This document shows, piece by piece, positions 22,052 to 36,111 of a stretch of DNA of 64,000 nt. This DNA is from Gnetum montanum. Lineage: Eukaryota > Plantae > Gnetophyta. The notes under the pieces were generated by a model that saw only the letters and a list, made by a program, of their open reading frames with translations, had not been told where the DNA came from and did no database searches. The stretch covers positions 124,001-188,000 of the forward strand of contig MNCI01002105.1 of the NCBI GenBank assembly GCA_015680685.1, given 5' to 3'. Every line of letters starts with the position of its first letter. Position 1 is the first letter of the stretch. The position numbers and the translations under genes are program-made.

Positions 22052-25000
22052 ATTTGGGGCAAGTAAATGAGCGGTTGGAAGTTGGAAGTCGTTGCAGAAA
22101 TTTCAATGCCATGCCATGCCAACAAGGTGTGATATGATAGCGGAAGGTTCCTGTTCCAATAGATGGGTTTGAAATGGCTGCAGAAAATTAGGTCTCGTAT
22201 GAATTAAGTTAACAGTGAGTAGAGTGAGTTACTGGGTGTGTGATCATATAGACGAGGAAATCCTGCATAAACCAAACATTGTTGATGTTGTGCATTAAGC
22301 AACAAACGTCTTTTCTAATGAAGTCAGTCATGGATTCTTACATCTTGTCATCTCGGGCAGGTTGATTCAAGGTCATTATTTTGATGGAAGTTTTCTACAA
22401 TTGCAGAATCACAGGCCTTCAATTACAGGGGAAAACGACAACAGGACAACAAAGTGGACCCTCAATTTTGAGAAAAATGACACCAAGACAAAACCAGCTC
22501 AGGCTAGCTACATCCATGTTATGAGCAAGGAAGTTGGTCTTCCAATGGCTTGACTTAGACATGGACACATGGATTACTGTGCCATTCATGGGATCCAGTG
22601 CAGTCTTCCTGTCCAGAGAAATAATGGGCAATGCAGAAAAGTCACCAAGAAGAGTCAATTCAACCGACATTTACATGGGATTTGTACTCAATTTTGCAAA
22701 AGACAAGTACCAATTTTATACGAAACAAGTCATGAATTTTAGCATTTTGGGCACGTTAATTCATGGTCAATGTGGTTTTCGAAGTCCTTGGAGGGTTTCA
22801 AAAAGGGGCGTCAATGATCTTTAAACATGAGACTAAAGAAACATGTCCGTTGCAAAAATTTCAAGTAATGCCAAGGCGAGATTTAGCCTCCATACAAATA
22901 CTACTTTTACACCCCACCTAGTATAGTTAGACACGGGGTGCTTCACATTTCTGGTAGGAACCAACCATGAATCCAAAGACTTGGATAAAGCTATTAATGT
23001 TCAATGTGTTTGTGTGTATTTATCGTGTACTTGTAGAAAACTCCCATGAAACATGTGAATAAATAAAGGTATCCAAATAAGTGGTATTTCTTAAATATGA
23101 TTTGTTTTTTTAAATAGCCACTGCAGAAATGTCAAATTAAATCTATAGCAATTACATTGCTCAAGGAAGAGGAAGCTTCGTACTTCAACATGCATAATTA
23201 CTAGGAAAGGATTATCAATCTCTTCTATTCTCTGTAATCATAGTTTTTAACACTTTTGTGATCACTGTAGGAACCAAAAATGATATCCTTCCAAAACAAT
23301 ATCACATAATAAAAGAGAATATCAATTGCAGCCATGGAACATTAAGCAAAATAATTAGTGATAATTATTGAAATGAAACTCAAATGTTTAGTTTTCAAGG
23401 TCATTTTTCAAGACTGGAAAACAAATGACATTCAATGCAATACTGTCCATGTCTCCTTATAGATCAAATTTCAATGGCAGCATGTTTTTTTCCCTCAGAT
23501 GGCAACTATTGGTATTAGAAAAATATGGAAATGTCTTCTATTTTTGGATTTACTTGTCCCATCATTAATTGTGTCGTAACCCTTAGCAACAAGGTACACT
23601 GATTGATTGCAGTAACAAAACTGGATTATTGCAAAGTTAAAATAATTAAATTAGATATGAGAACTTGCATTACACATGATCTCCAAAAGGCCAGCAAAAT
23701 TTTGAATGTGGATTTGTAATTTGTTCACTTATTCAAATATTCCCTTTAATGCTTGGAACATCATGCAAAATCAATGCTAGAATAACTTTGATAAAATCGT
23801 CATACCAGTAATGTAACTCTGATAAAATGCAAGAATGCAACATTAATGGAATGAAATGGCCATAGCTATGTGATTTTGGTGCGAAAAAGGAACAAGTCAA
23901 AATACAAAAATTGATGAAGGTAGAAAAATAAAAATGATTAGAATTGGATAGGCAATAAAATCCAGCCAAAAGAACTAGAACTGAAACCAAAATTTTATTG
24001 TCTAACGATGGTGTATTGATTCTTTACTCCACTTAAGATACTATGATAGTAACTTTTTTACCTGAATAAACCTTTGCAGCACCTTGCAGTGGTGGATTGA
24101 TGTGCAGATTGTTTGTGGAAGCACCCGTTGGTAAGAAAACCCTTGCAAAACTTCAGAAATGTGTAAGAAGTCCCTCCACCTTGGAAGCTGATTGAAAGAT
24201 AAAATCTGAAAGAGCATTGTTGAAAGAAGAAACCCCAAATGTGCTGTTGCAATATGAAACATTGAAGTGTTATGGCAGATAGAAAGAAAATACGCGTTTT
24301 CATGGTAGCTGAAACAGTTCTGTCATCATCAATCGATTCTGCTCACTCAACATTCATCCAATCTCATTTATTTTGCCAAAACTCTGATAAACTATTTTTT
24401 CATCGGACTCGTAAAAACTGGCGGGTTTCGAGTTTCATGCTCACCATGCTGAAGATCTAGTACTCAGGGCTCTGATTCTTTGCAAAACTTGCAACCCTGT
24501 GAGTACTCACAAAAACCCTGCAAGTTTCCTAACATTGATCACCACCACCAGATTACCATAGAGCCTCCCTTAGGCGTGTGTCACTGGCATCAAATTCATC
24601 AAAACATGCACCTTCAAACACACAGCCAACACCAAAAGTCCTCGAGTCCCAAATTCAGGCATTTCATGGGGAAGCTTAATACCACAATCTACAATCCCAG
24701 TAGAAAAACAAGTTCAAGTTCAAGTGTTCAACAATACAGACAAGAAATTCAACAGAGAAAGCTAAACAAAAACGAATAACAAGCAATGCAAACAAACAAA
24801 GATGGAATACAGCTGGACAAGGAGGAGATTCTCTTCTTTGTTCTCATAAAACCACAAGAAGAAGACAAAACCAAAAACTCTCTTTGAAATAAAACCAACT
24901 AGCTTGTCTACAAACTATTTAAGTTACTTGCTTCAATCCCACAATGTTCTATGCTGAGTATGCTGTCTTGGATTAAGCTTCTAGGATGATGTTGCTTGAT

Positions 25001-25270
25001 ATCTATGTGTTTGGAATGCCCGTGATGAACAGGATTGTGTGTCATCGCAATAGTACTTGTGCTATCATAATATAAACAAATGGGAGGTTCAAGTGTATAT
25101 CTCATTTTATTGAAAATGGAGTGGATCCATATAGCCCAAGTAGCAGCAGCTATGTATTCTGCATTTGCTATTGAGAGGATGACCTACTTTGCAACTTTCC
25201 AATGTGATTCATGAGAATCTTGCATGAACTCACGAGGTAATTTATAACAAATTGGATGTTTGGATGGACG

Positions 25271-25368
25271 GATATTAAATAGATACATGAGACTACAACA
25301 ATATCATGATATTAAATAGATACATGAGACTACAACAATAGATACATGAGACTACAACAATATCATGA
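25271..25368. repeat. Short tandem duplications inside the copia RT region
   Basis: ATAGATACATGAGACTACAACA occurs three times. Confidence 0.85.
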
Positions 25369-26228
25369 AGGATTAAAGGATGAGGATGTGTCATTCTTGA
25401 TAAGTTTTGTTACCAAGGAAGAGCAATGTATGTGAGAGATTACAATTAATCATGCCAATTTTCTCAATAAAGATAAGAGAAATTTTATTTGGCATATGGA
25501 AATTGATTTTGGTCTTTGGACAACTTAAAACCTCAAAAATTATGAATTCTTCCTCAAATCAAATATTTCAAATTCATTTTTTATGGCATTAAGAAAATTA
25601 TTTCCTAATGCACTTGTAGATAAAAAATAGATTAAATCATTTACATATAAACAAATAAAAATATAATCATCATTGGATACTTTTTTATAAATAGTTGTTT
25701 ATGATTAAAGACTGGTGAAGCTTGCTTGCATGAAGAATACATGAATTCATGCATACCAAGCACATGGAACATGCTTGAGCCCATATAATGCTTTATGGAG
25801 CTTGTAAACATGATTTTTCTTTTCTTTTTTTCATTAATGAGATTTCTCTTTTCTTCATTAATGAAACTTGGTGGTTCCACATAAACTTTTTCATTAAAGA
25901 AACCATTAAGAAATGCATGTGCCTCATCCAATTGATAAATGAAATGATTTGCGTGAGCAGCAATAGTAAGAAAAAAATTTAAACCAATTCCATTCTTGAA
26001 ATAGAAGTAAAGCTATTGTACCTTGGAGACATTGTTTGGCCATGAGACGAGTTTTGAATTTGTCTACTTCATCATAATGATAGTTTTTTAATTTTAAACA
26101 CCTATTTTAACCCAATATCATTACCATATAGACAAGGAGCAAAGCTCCAAGTGTTGTTTCTATGAAATTGTTGAAATTTCTTTTTCATGCATCAATCCAA
26201 AGCATAGGTTGGATGACGGTAGAGAGTT

Positions 26229-26400
26229 CCATCAATCCCCTAACATAAGCACCATCAATCCCCTAACATAAGCAGTGTAAAAAATTCATCAAGCATGGCA
26301 GTGAAGAGAGCATTTGCAATAGGTTCCATATCCTATGTTGATCCATATCCAGTGAAGAGAGCATCTGCAATAGGTTCCATATCCTATGTTGATCAAGCAT
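26229..26400. repeat. Two adjacent tandem duplications (23 bp and 51 bp)
   Basis: CCATCAATCCCCTAACATAAGCA x2 and CAGTGAAGAGAGCATYTGCAATAGGTTCCATATCCTATGTTGATC x2. Confidence 0.85.
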
Positions 26401-27519
26401 CATGCGTTGATGAAATTGGGAATCCATCATTTGGGAGGTCGGGTGATAGGTAGTGAGCAAAAATGGGAGTTGCTGCAAATATGGTAGAGGACGGTGTGGG
26501 CAGGGACGTAGATATAGCAGGGGAATGATTGTTGAAAATACAAGGAGTGAGATCCCAGTGCACAGAGTGTGCTGGAGCCACTAAACATGGATATGAGGTT
26601 GATGCACCCGGTTTGGTTGAAAGGGGCAGTTAAGCAGAAGTGTTATCGTTATCTAGAAAGGATGATATGGTAGTGTACCAGAAGACAGAAAATTCAAACG
26701 CCAAAAAGAGGAATTCGTAGGGATATGAAAACATTGTGCAGGGTGCCACAATGGACTAGGAAGAACGAATGGAGAAGTTATTGGCAATAATGGGCACATC
26801 TGTGGTATTCTATTGGCAGAAGATCTACAGCTACGATGAGTGGTGGCAGAGGATGTTGCAGTGTTGAATGAACAAAAGGCGGGACGATTTTGGAGGAAGA
26901 TGTGGCAGCAACCCTGTTTCATCAAACAAACTGGTAGAGGTCATCAGTGTGCGTTGCATGCTAGCTTGGAATAGTGGCAGACCAAGGATTGATAGCAAGT
27001 GTTGCAGATGATAGGCAATGGTGTGGTGGTACAACCGGCTGAGTTAATTAAGATGAATGAAGCAAATTAGAAGTCAAAATTTTGGCATAGCTCTTATAAT
27101 TTCTCTTTTTTGCTTGTGGTCCACTGAGCCACAGTTGACATGTCCTAACCAAGTAAGCCGTAACCATGCTGTGTCTTTTGTGACAATGAGGCAATGAAAT
27201 TCTTTGCATCTGTAGCTTATACATCTGATTTTTGCTAATAGGAATAATGGCAATACCTTTGTAATCATTAGACTTAGAGATTTTACAAGAATCTCTTTCA
27301 AATTCAACATGATACCCATTGTGACATAATTACCCCACACTTAAGAAATTCTTTGAAAAATGTGGAAAATAACATATTTGTTACCTTGAGTTATTGTGAA
27401 AGGAAGCGATCCAATCCCAATAATGGTTAGCTTGTTTCCATTACCTATAGTTACCTTTCCATCATATTTTTCTAAACTTGAGAACAATTTCTTATTCCAT
27501 GTCATGTGATTACTACACC

Positions 27520-28382
27520 TGATGAGTGGCAAGGTATCCCTACACTCAACCATATGAATATGAGCATGTATGCACGATCCAGTCGAACTTCGCAGACAAA
27601 CTAGTTATGGTATATAGATAGTTATATGTTGATTGCAGTTCATTGTCTTCCAACTTGGACTAGTATTTACTTTGTCACGTATGGTTTAGTCCAGAGTGAG
27701 GTGAATGATGAGATCCTAAACTAATGATACTCCTAGAGACGATGGGGAACAATCTTAATTAAGCTAATGGATAATGGAAAATGAAATCTATGCTATTCTA
27801 AGTGCGATGAGCACCCGTCCTTAATCATCCATACGCATCTTGGACCTCGTGTACTACTTTTGGGATTACCAAGTGCACATTACTTGAGCACTTCTAGATA
27901 TGCTTATGGGTTACCAAGTAGCTACACTTAAATGTTTGTGATTAAGTTGTACTCATTCTGTGTTAATCGATAGGAAGTGTAAATGACAATAAAGGAAATA
28001 TGAACTAAAAAGACAACAATAAATAATTAACAATTAAAGTAATTAAAAGCTAAGTGAATGCTACAATGATGGAGTAATCTCGATCTTTATTGTTCGTCGT
28101 GTGTGTGTCCAAGTACTTCACACTCGAACAAAGGTTCCGTACAATTACAATCATCATTGTGGGCATACACTGGGGAAAGAATTGAGATTAACTAAAAACT
28201 GACAAAAAATTCTACCCTAAGACTTACCAACTTCTCTTTCTTTCCTATGCACCTAAATGTTGTATTTATAGGCCTACATAGGAATCACGATATTGCGTAT
28301 CCGATATCGTTATCTAGGCTGCAATATAGCATACCCGATATCGAGAATTCGATATTGGGGCCTAGCAAACCACGATTCATCA
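27520..28382 (-). repeat. 3' LTR of the Athila-type element
   Basis: TGATGAATC..CCACTCATCA on the minus strand; homologous to 35741-36111. Confidence 0.9.
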
Positions 28383-28568
28383 TACCCCCATGATTGAATA
28401 ACAACTTGTCCTCGAGTCAAACAAAATGAGAACAAGTTCAATTGATTACATAGTAGATAGGTATGAGATTATTGACTAACAAGGAATTACTCATGCCACA
28501 GTGTGGGATTGAACAAAACAAAATTGGGACATAGACATAAAATTACAAAAGGCAAAATTTGTTGGAAC

Positions 28569-31325
28569 TCATGTGGTTCTTGGTGATGGTGGCTCCTCCC
28601 CTTATCTTCTGCTTCAGGCTTTGGAAATGGATGTTTTTGAAGGAGTGCCTTGAGCTTTTATTCATCAGTTTGGGGATCCCATGCCATTAATGTTGATGCT
28701 CCAATGTTTGATGGAGTTGGCACCTCCCATGGACATAGTAGTTGCGGGAACATTTGATTGGCCTTGATATACCAAGCTACAAAAAAATGTCATTCCTCTT
28801 CATAGGCTTTGGCTTTATCCTTGCATTCTTGGTAGTCCGTGAGCCATCAAGCCAAATCTACTGCAACATCTTTCTGTCCTTGGTAGCTGGTTTTGACCAC
28901 CTCTAATTCAGAATTTGCTAATACTAATCTCTACAATGTCTTCTTGTGTTCAGCAAATTTTGCTTCATATTTAGCATAAGTGGTTGCTACATGCTTCTCC
29001 AATTCTTTTCTCGAGCATCTTGCTATCAACATGACTAAGTTGGCATACCATAGGTTTGCCAACTCCATGTACTCAATGAGATCTTATATCTATAGGTCCC
29101 AACTTTTCAGTTCCACTTGGTGGGCTAAGGCATAAGCATCCAATATGGCCCACCAATCAACGTTCTAAGTACTCAGACTATTAATATCGGCTTTGGCCAT
29201 CTGGATTTTTTTTCAATCACCTATTTGTACATCCCCACCTAATTTCTGAAATACTCCTTGAGTTTCTCATGTCATTTGGCCTCATTCTATCACGTGCTTA
29301 TTTCAATCACCATCTTCTGGTGAATTCTGCATACCTTCTCTATTGAGAGGGTTCTATTCTCTCTGGCCAAGCGATTCATATCCTGGTTGACCCTTATTAA
29401 TTGTTCTCGCAATTGCTGAAAATTTTCCACAAGAACATTCTTTTGTTTTTCTACTATGATAAACCAAGAATTTTTAGCAACGAGGTATTTATTTTCTTGT
29501 GAGGCCTTAAGTGCTTTAGCATGTGCATACGTTTGAGCTTGCACCTTGGAAGCATCCCAATTGACCTTCTCTTTTTCCATGACTACTTTTTTATTGTCTT
29601 CTAGAAATTTAGTTAGCTGCTCTATTCAAAAAGATTTCAGTTGGTCTACAGGGATGGATTGGGACAGATCCCATTGTGCAGCTTGTAGGATGACAAGCTT
29701 TTTTTGGAGTCTTTTTAACTCCTCCTCTGCATGTTCGGCCTTGACCTCTACCATGACCAGCTTCCCTTTTGTAGAAATGAGGTTTAACTATGTTGTTGTG
29801 ACATATTAAGGGATGTCAAACAAGGATGTTATCACTTGTCCTATCTGCAGTAACCGATCTAGAACATCTTCGTGATTTGTAAGAGCCATTAAGGGACCGA
29901 CCAAGGTTTGAGCATCGCGTGCTCTTGAAAAATATGCTAATGGAAAAACAAGGACATTCAATGATTTTTTGATGTGATCTACGACAACTTCTACTGTGCC
30001 CGTTGCATCCTAGTGCTGCATGATCATTACTGTGGCACCTTCACCAGTTTCTAATTGCACTTGAAAAGATGCAACATTTCCAGAGATTTGTTGTGACCAG
30101 TGTGATTCCCCTCCTCCTATTTGGATGGACACATTGCCCTGTGCACGATCAATTAAGACTGTGGGTCGTACGACATCATCAATGACCTTGAAGAGATTTG
30201 CTTCATCACAGCTTTCCTAACTGATCAATTCAACGATGGCCCTGAGATGGCTCATTGATGGTCGATAGTCTTGCGATAGCGGTGGCGGTTGATCTTGTTG
30301 ACCTGTAGGTTGTGTGCTAGGCCCCGCTTCTTGTTGTTGATTAGGTCTTGTATCTAGAAGTTGGCTAGGCCTTGTAGTTTCAGGTGTAGTGGGCTCCACC
30401 ATCTATTCTTACTCAGGTTCCAATGTCTTACCAACATTTTTCCTTGGGGTTGGTGGCTTCAGTAATTTAGCAAATGAGGCATTTTGAGCCTTTTTGGGGA
30501 CATCATTAATGTACCTTAGAATTCTAGCACATCGACACAAATTCATGATTAGGTAGGAAAAAGGCAATGTGAACTTCCCTATCTTACGTTCTTCAAACCA
30601 CCTTAAAAGGCATCAACCTTGCCCATCAAGATGGCACTTCCTCTAGCTGCATAGGTAGAAATTCTGTTCAATCCTTTTGTTGAAAAAATGTGATATGTGC
30701 CAATTTTGAAGTAGATCCTCTCTTCAAGTGTGAGCTCTCCATATGCTTTATCCTCTTTGCCATATGCCCTTTTTAACCATATCTTACGCGCATATGCATC
30801 ATAGCGAGTGGATAGGTGAGCAACCCTGGGCCCTATATTTGGAAGATTCAACACTTCCGAAATGGCCTTGGTAGAGAAATCAATAGAAATCCCACCAATA
30901 TCAATGATGGTGCCTCCTTCCTTATTGTGCCAAAATTGGTACGCCTCCCCAAGGTACCAATCACCACTCTCAGAGAGAACATGCCATAGTGGAGACCCTT
31001 TAAGTTGGTCTTTGACTACCTCAGGGGAAAATTCAGTAAAAGGTCGAAAATTGAGTTTTACAATCACAGCTACTGATGTGGACCTTTTACGAATTGCCTG
31101 AACACATTGTAGCGACAACGTAAGATGTTGTCCCTGTTTAGGTGCCCTATCGTCTCCACCTTCGGCATGCCCCAATTGCATAGTAATAGGAGGTTCTTGA
31201 TGAATGCTGAACGAGTGTGCCTCCTATTGTGCATGTTCTTTGGGAAGTGTTTGGCCTCTACCTCTCCTTGGCTATTTGGATGCACCTTGAGAGGGTCCTC
31301 CTTGTTTTCCTCATTTAGGGGCCAT
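28569..31325 (-). pseudogene. Athila ORF2/env-like gene (plant-transposon-type domain, P/Q-rich linker, coiled coil), degraded
   Basis: MAPK.GKQGGPSQG start at 31325. ORF 30603-31181 (IGGISIDFSTKAISEVLNLPNIG), followed by P/Q/T-rich 30217-30402 and coiled-coil-like 29290-29580. Same sense as gag. Confidence 0.65.
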
Positions 31326-34299
31326 CTGAAATCACATGGGACTGATTATCAGTAAGGCTATTTACAAAATTAGATCAATACCTTACTCCTTACCCTTAAT
31401 AGATTCATTTCTTGCTTAGTGTGATTTAGAGTTAGATATTTTTGCAAAAATTCTCCTAAAATTTTTGATATTGGGCCCAATTTTAATTAGGTGACTCCAA
31501 AAAATAATTTTCATAGGATTGGTGAAGAAATAAAATTAATTTGGAAAATGTTTTTAGCATTTTTAAGGTCACTTACCCTTGATAATATCCTTTAGGCAAC
31601 GATGAATTTTAAAAAAACTACATGCAACTTGAAGCATACCCTTCCCCCATGACTAAGTTAAACACTCTAGGTTTATGTAGGTTTGATCGGAATGGGAATA
31701 AGATCTTTAATGAGCAAGTTATTAATGTTTGAATAATAGGTGTGCAAGCTAGAAAATTCGTGGAAGAAAATTTCAACAACTCCCATCGCATGAATAGTGA
31801 AAAATGACATTGATATGCGCAGGGGGTCCATATATATAGTTTTTATAGATGTGATATCATATACCCGCTAGTGTGGACCTGATATCATGTTGGACCCAAT
31901 ACGAGGTACTCGATATCACATCCCTTTGGAAATAGGGTACTTGGAAAAATTGATAAATTTTCAAATTTCCAAGGCCAAAAATGAAGGATTTAAGATTAAG
32001 TTGAAAGATCTAGGGTGACTTTGAAGAAACCTAAAGGCATCAAGAGTGTAATGAAGTGAAATTTAACAATGAAATTCATGAATAGGATGAGGAAAAAGGA
32101 CATGTTGTGGTGCATAGGAACATTGGAATTTAAAATGATGATAAAGGAAAAGATAATTGTAGTAATGAATTACTTGGAGGATGTAAGATGATGTGGTGAT
32201 GTGCAAAGAGTGAAAATTACAAAAGTTACACAAGTGGATCCTCCCTAAAGTAGGTTCCTACCTATCATGCCCCTATGTAACCACACCTTAAAATGTTTGT
32301 AGGCATAAAAAGGGTTAAATGCAATCCATACCAGTGCAACAAAACACACACATGTAGATACCACTGTGATGAGGTATGAGTTCTATGCCACACAAGACAC
32401 AAGTTAAAAATACTTAGACAATGAGGTGAAACGAATCATAGAAGGGATTGCAAAGATTGGCATGTGAGGTAACTGACCCTAGGCACAATGAATCCTTGAG
32501 TGTGGGGGACATGATTAATGTATCATTAGTTCTTCACTCCAAAATAAAGACCAAGTCCATGCCTCTCATCAGTGACATCAGATTGTTTCATCCAATGATG
32601 GACAACCATAAGAGCACCATGATAGTAAGGCATATGATCACTTGGCATTTTGTCCAAGGGAGGAGTGATTCGAAATTTCTTTGTGACACATTTTTCTTGA
32701 TTTTTTTGATGTTTTTCTTTTCTTCTTTTCTTTTTCTAGCTACTTTGGCACTTGGTCCTTTCCAACAATGAACTAGAGAAGCCACCAACCTTTAGGCATG
32801 GGTGCATGTCTTTCCAATGGGACACCTAGAATAGCATTAAGGTTCTTTATTGAGTGCCTTTATTACTCTTACTTCCATTTTTCGTTAGATCTACAAGGAT
32901 TTTAGTACAACCAAGCTACATGATAGCACATACAAATGTCACCAAAGAGAATCCAGAAGTCCCCTTGATGTCACACCCTGGCCATTCCCTCTTAGTCCAT
33001 CATTTTTCACTCTGGGCATAATGAGAACAAAATTACTTTTAAGTTTTAATGATGAAAAGAATATCATCATACCCAGAGTAGAACCTCTTATTAACAGAAT
33101 GGATGGTGGATGTTGCGGGCTCACTATCCAAATAATTAGTCACTTGAGACTTGATAGCATAGAATAACACCTCAACTGACAAGTCACATGAGTATTTTAT
33201 TCACCAATGATATTACCCTCAAAAAGACAAAACAAAAAATTGGAAATGAAAACAAAAAATTGTAAAATCAAAGAAAAGGAAAAACATTTACTAATTTTTC
33301 TTGTTAGAATGGAGGATATCTCCCATAACTAAACTTTTGAGCATGACTAGAATTAATGAATGGAAAATGCGGATCCATGTATGTGGGAAATATTGGAGTC
33401 TAATCATATCCAAACCACTGGGTGTCTTTTGATGTGGTGGCTGGAAAGTACCCAACTTGAGGTTCTCACACTTGATTAAAGTTGGCATAGTGGGACAATT
33501 TATAAGATGTGGTTATGTGATAAGGAGTTGACCCACTATGGCACCCGTGACCGTAAGATAGTATGTAAGGATCAATATGTCTCCCTACATGGTTATATTC
33601 ATTGGGCTGCATGGTTCTTGGAGTGTTGATTGGTGGCCTTGATAAGGTAACAGGAGGCATTGAGTTTTAAGGAGAAGATGCATCATAGCACTGAATTTGT
33701 GCTGAGTTGGTGGATGCAGTGGTTTTAGAACTATGTTGTCTCTTTTTACGATCATTAATGTTGTGGAGGACCTCCACTACTATTGACAGTAGTAGCATAA
33801 GTAATGTTCATGGGTTGGTGCTATGGTGCAAAACCTTCTAGCATAACTAGTGGTGATGTAGAAGGAGGTGAATGATGAGAATATTGAGGACAAGGAGAAG
33901 TGCAAGGAACATGAGGAGGTGATCTTGTTGGAGAGCACATGGGTTGATAGTACTTAAGAGAATGATAACAATGTGATGAAATAGAGGATGTTAACATAGT
34001 TGGGGAAATAGGATGCTAAACATAATAAGTGCTTGTGTTTGGATGGTATGAAGGGTGTGACTAGTTTGACGGTGGCCTTCCCCATGACTAGGATTTTTGC
34101 CACTGTGGTTAAACCTAGTATTTCTATACGAAATCTAGATGTAACATTCCTCCCCAATGCTCATGTAAATGTGACAAGATTGGGAATTAACCTTTGGGGT
34201 GATCATATAGGAAAATGTCACATTGATACATGTGATTTGCAGTTGAGCTCTTATCCTTATTTTCTTCAACCCTTCTTTCCGATTGTCGTGTGGTGTCTT

Positions 34300-35608
34300 G
34301 TCCTATTTTTCAGTTTGGCATGGTTCCACCTCTAATAATGTTGGAATATTCTCTACATTTTTCATGTACCCATTCCATCATCTTATTGATCTTTGCCTCA
34401 ATTTCATATAGTGATTATAGTATTGGCAAAGATGATTCCACCTCCTTGAGGTGAGTTGATTTCTCCTCTTCATGATCTTGGACCTTTGCTATTGTGAGAT
34501 TTTGATCCTGTTGAGAGCTTTCAACATTCCCCCATTTAGCTATTTCTCCTTCTTCTTTTGCTACCCACTTGATAAGATCTTGGAATTGGTGGGTTCATAG
34601 CTCATATAGTTGACCTGGGACATACATCCCTAGGGTCTCCCTTATTTCATTACGAAGCCCATCCATAATGCGATACATTAGCCTTTCCTCGAACAACCCA
34701 TGGCTTGGGCAATTGTTTAACAATGAATAATATTTTTCTAAGGTCATGTCCAAGGGTTCATGTTGCCTTTATTTCCACTCTTGGATTTTTCTACTCAAGG
34801 ATAACACTCTTGCATAGGTTTGATAGCTTTTAGTGAAGAGTTCTACCATTGTTAGCCAACTTCGAATTGATTTCAGCTTTAAAGACCTATACCATACTTT
34901 TGCTTGGCCAACGAGTGTCATAGGAAAGAGCTTAAGTTTTTTCCACCCATTATCAATATTGTTCCATTCACAGGCATCATAGAAGACTTGTAAATGATGT
35001 TGTGGATCTAAATCATAGCCTCCTGAAAACTTAGGAAAGTTGTTTAAATTAAGCCTAGGTAGATGGATTTCCTCACAATGCCTGCAGCATATTTGAACAG
35101 CCTCTTGTATATGCATTAGGCTCTTAGTGGCTAGCAAGGGTTCATCGTCACTAAGTAAGTCATGAGTTTGTGAGCTAGGACTTGTCTATATTCATGTTGG
35201 CGTTCCTGACTTTGCCCCTAGGTTCAATTTTTATTTTCATGCTAACCCATTGAGAAATGATCATCCGTGTCATGACAGGACATTGAAGGAGTACAGGAAG
35301 AGAAAGAACCGAAAGACTCATCATGACTTTTGTAAGTCTCCCAATCATCCCTGGATAAATTCTTGTTAACCATTGAGAAGGTCCTAGGCCTTATGGACCC
35401 CCTCATTCCATGGGATGTCCCATCCTTACTAAAGGTATCTAAGTTGGATGACAAGAGTCCTTGAGTATCGTTGGGGTGTCCATGAACATATGAGACTCTT
35501 GCATAAGATTGAGTACTCCAAACTTCTTCATTATCATACATTTTGTTGGTTCTCTAATGGACTGCATCACTAGATGTTGTGTTACTGTTGTCCTGTGAGA
35601 GAGACATT
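34300..35608 (-). pseudogene. Athila-type gag remnant
   Basis: MSLSQD start; PKFSGGYDLDPQHHLQVFYDAC..LKLFPMTLVGQAKVWYRSL. Homologous to 61993-63050. Confidence 0.88.
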
Positions 35609-35740
35609 GGTGTAAATTGTGTGTGACTTAATTGAAGTAAATTTCTTTTCTAAAAGATTTATCGTTAATACTTTGTTATAGTGACCTTGTATGATATAAC
35701 TAATCTAGATAACTAGCATCATCCCCAACAACAACACCAA

Positions 35741-36111
35741 TGATGAGTGGTAAGGTACCCCTACACTCAACCATACGAATATGAGCATGTACGCATGATT
35801 TGGTCAAACTCTATAGACAGACTAGTTGTGGTATCTAGATAGTTACATGTTGATCACAGTTCGCTGTCTTTCCACCTAAACTAGTATTTACTTTGTCATG
35901 TATGGTTTAATCCAGAGTGAGGTGAATGGTGGGATCCTAAAATAATGCTACTCCTAGAGATGATGGAGAACAATCTTAATTAAGGTAATAGACCATGGAA
36001 AATGAAATCTATGCTATCCTAAGTGTGATGAGCATCCATCCTTAATCATTCGTATGCATCTTGTACCTTGTGTACTACTTTTGGGATTACCAAGCACACA
36101 TTACTTGAGCA
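35741..36111 (-). repeat. 5' LTR (partial) of the Athila-type element
   Basis: Homologous to 27520-27890, adjacent to the PBS, truncated at N 36112. Confidence 0.88.

Noticed and set aside
22300-24900. Several short ORFs upstream of the TMK-like gene
   Set aside because: No recognisable domains or consistent exon structure. Probably intergenic or non-coding repeat-derived DNA that I cannot classify.
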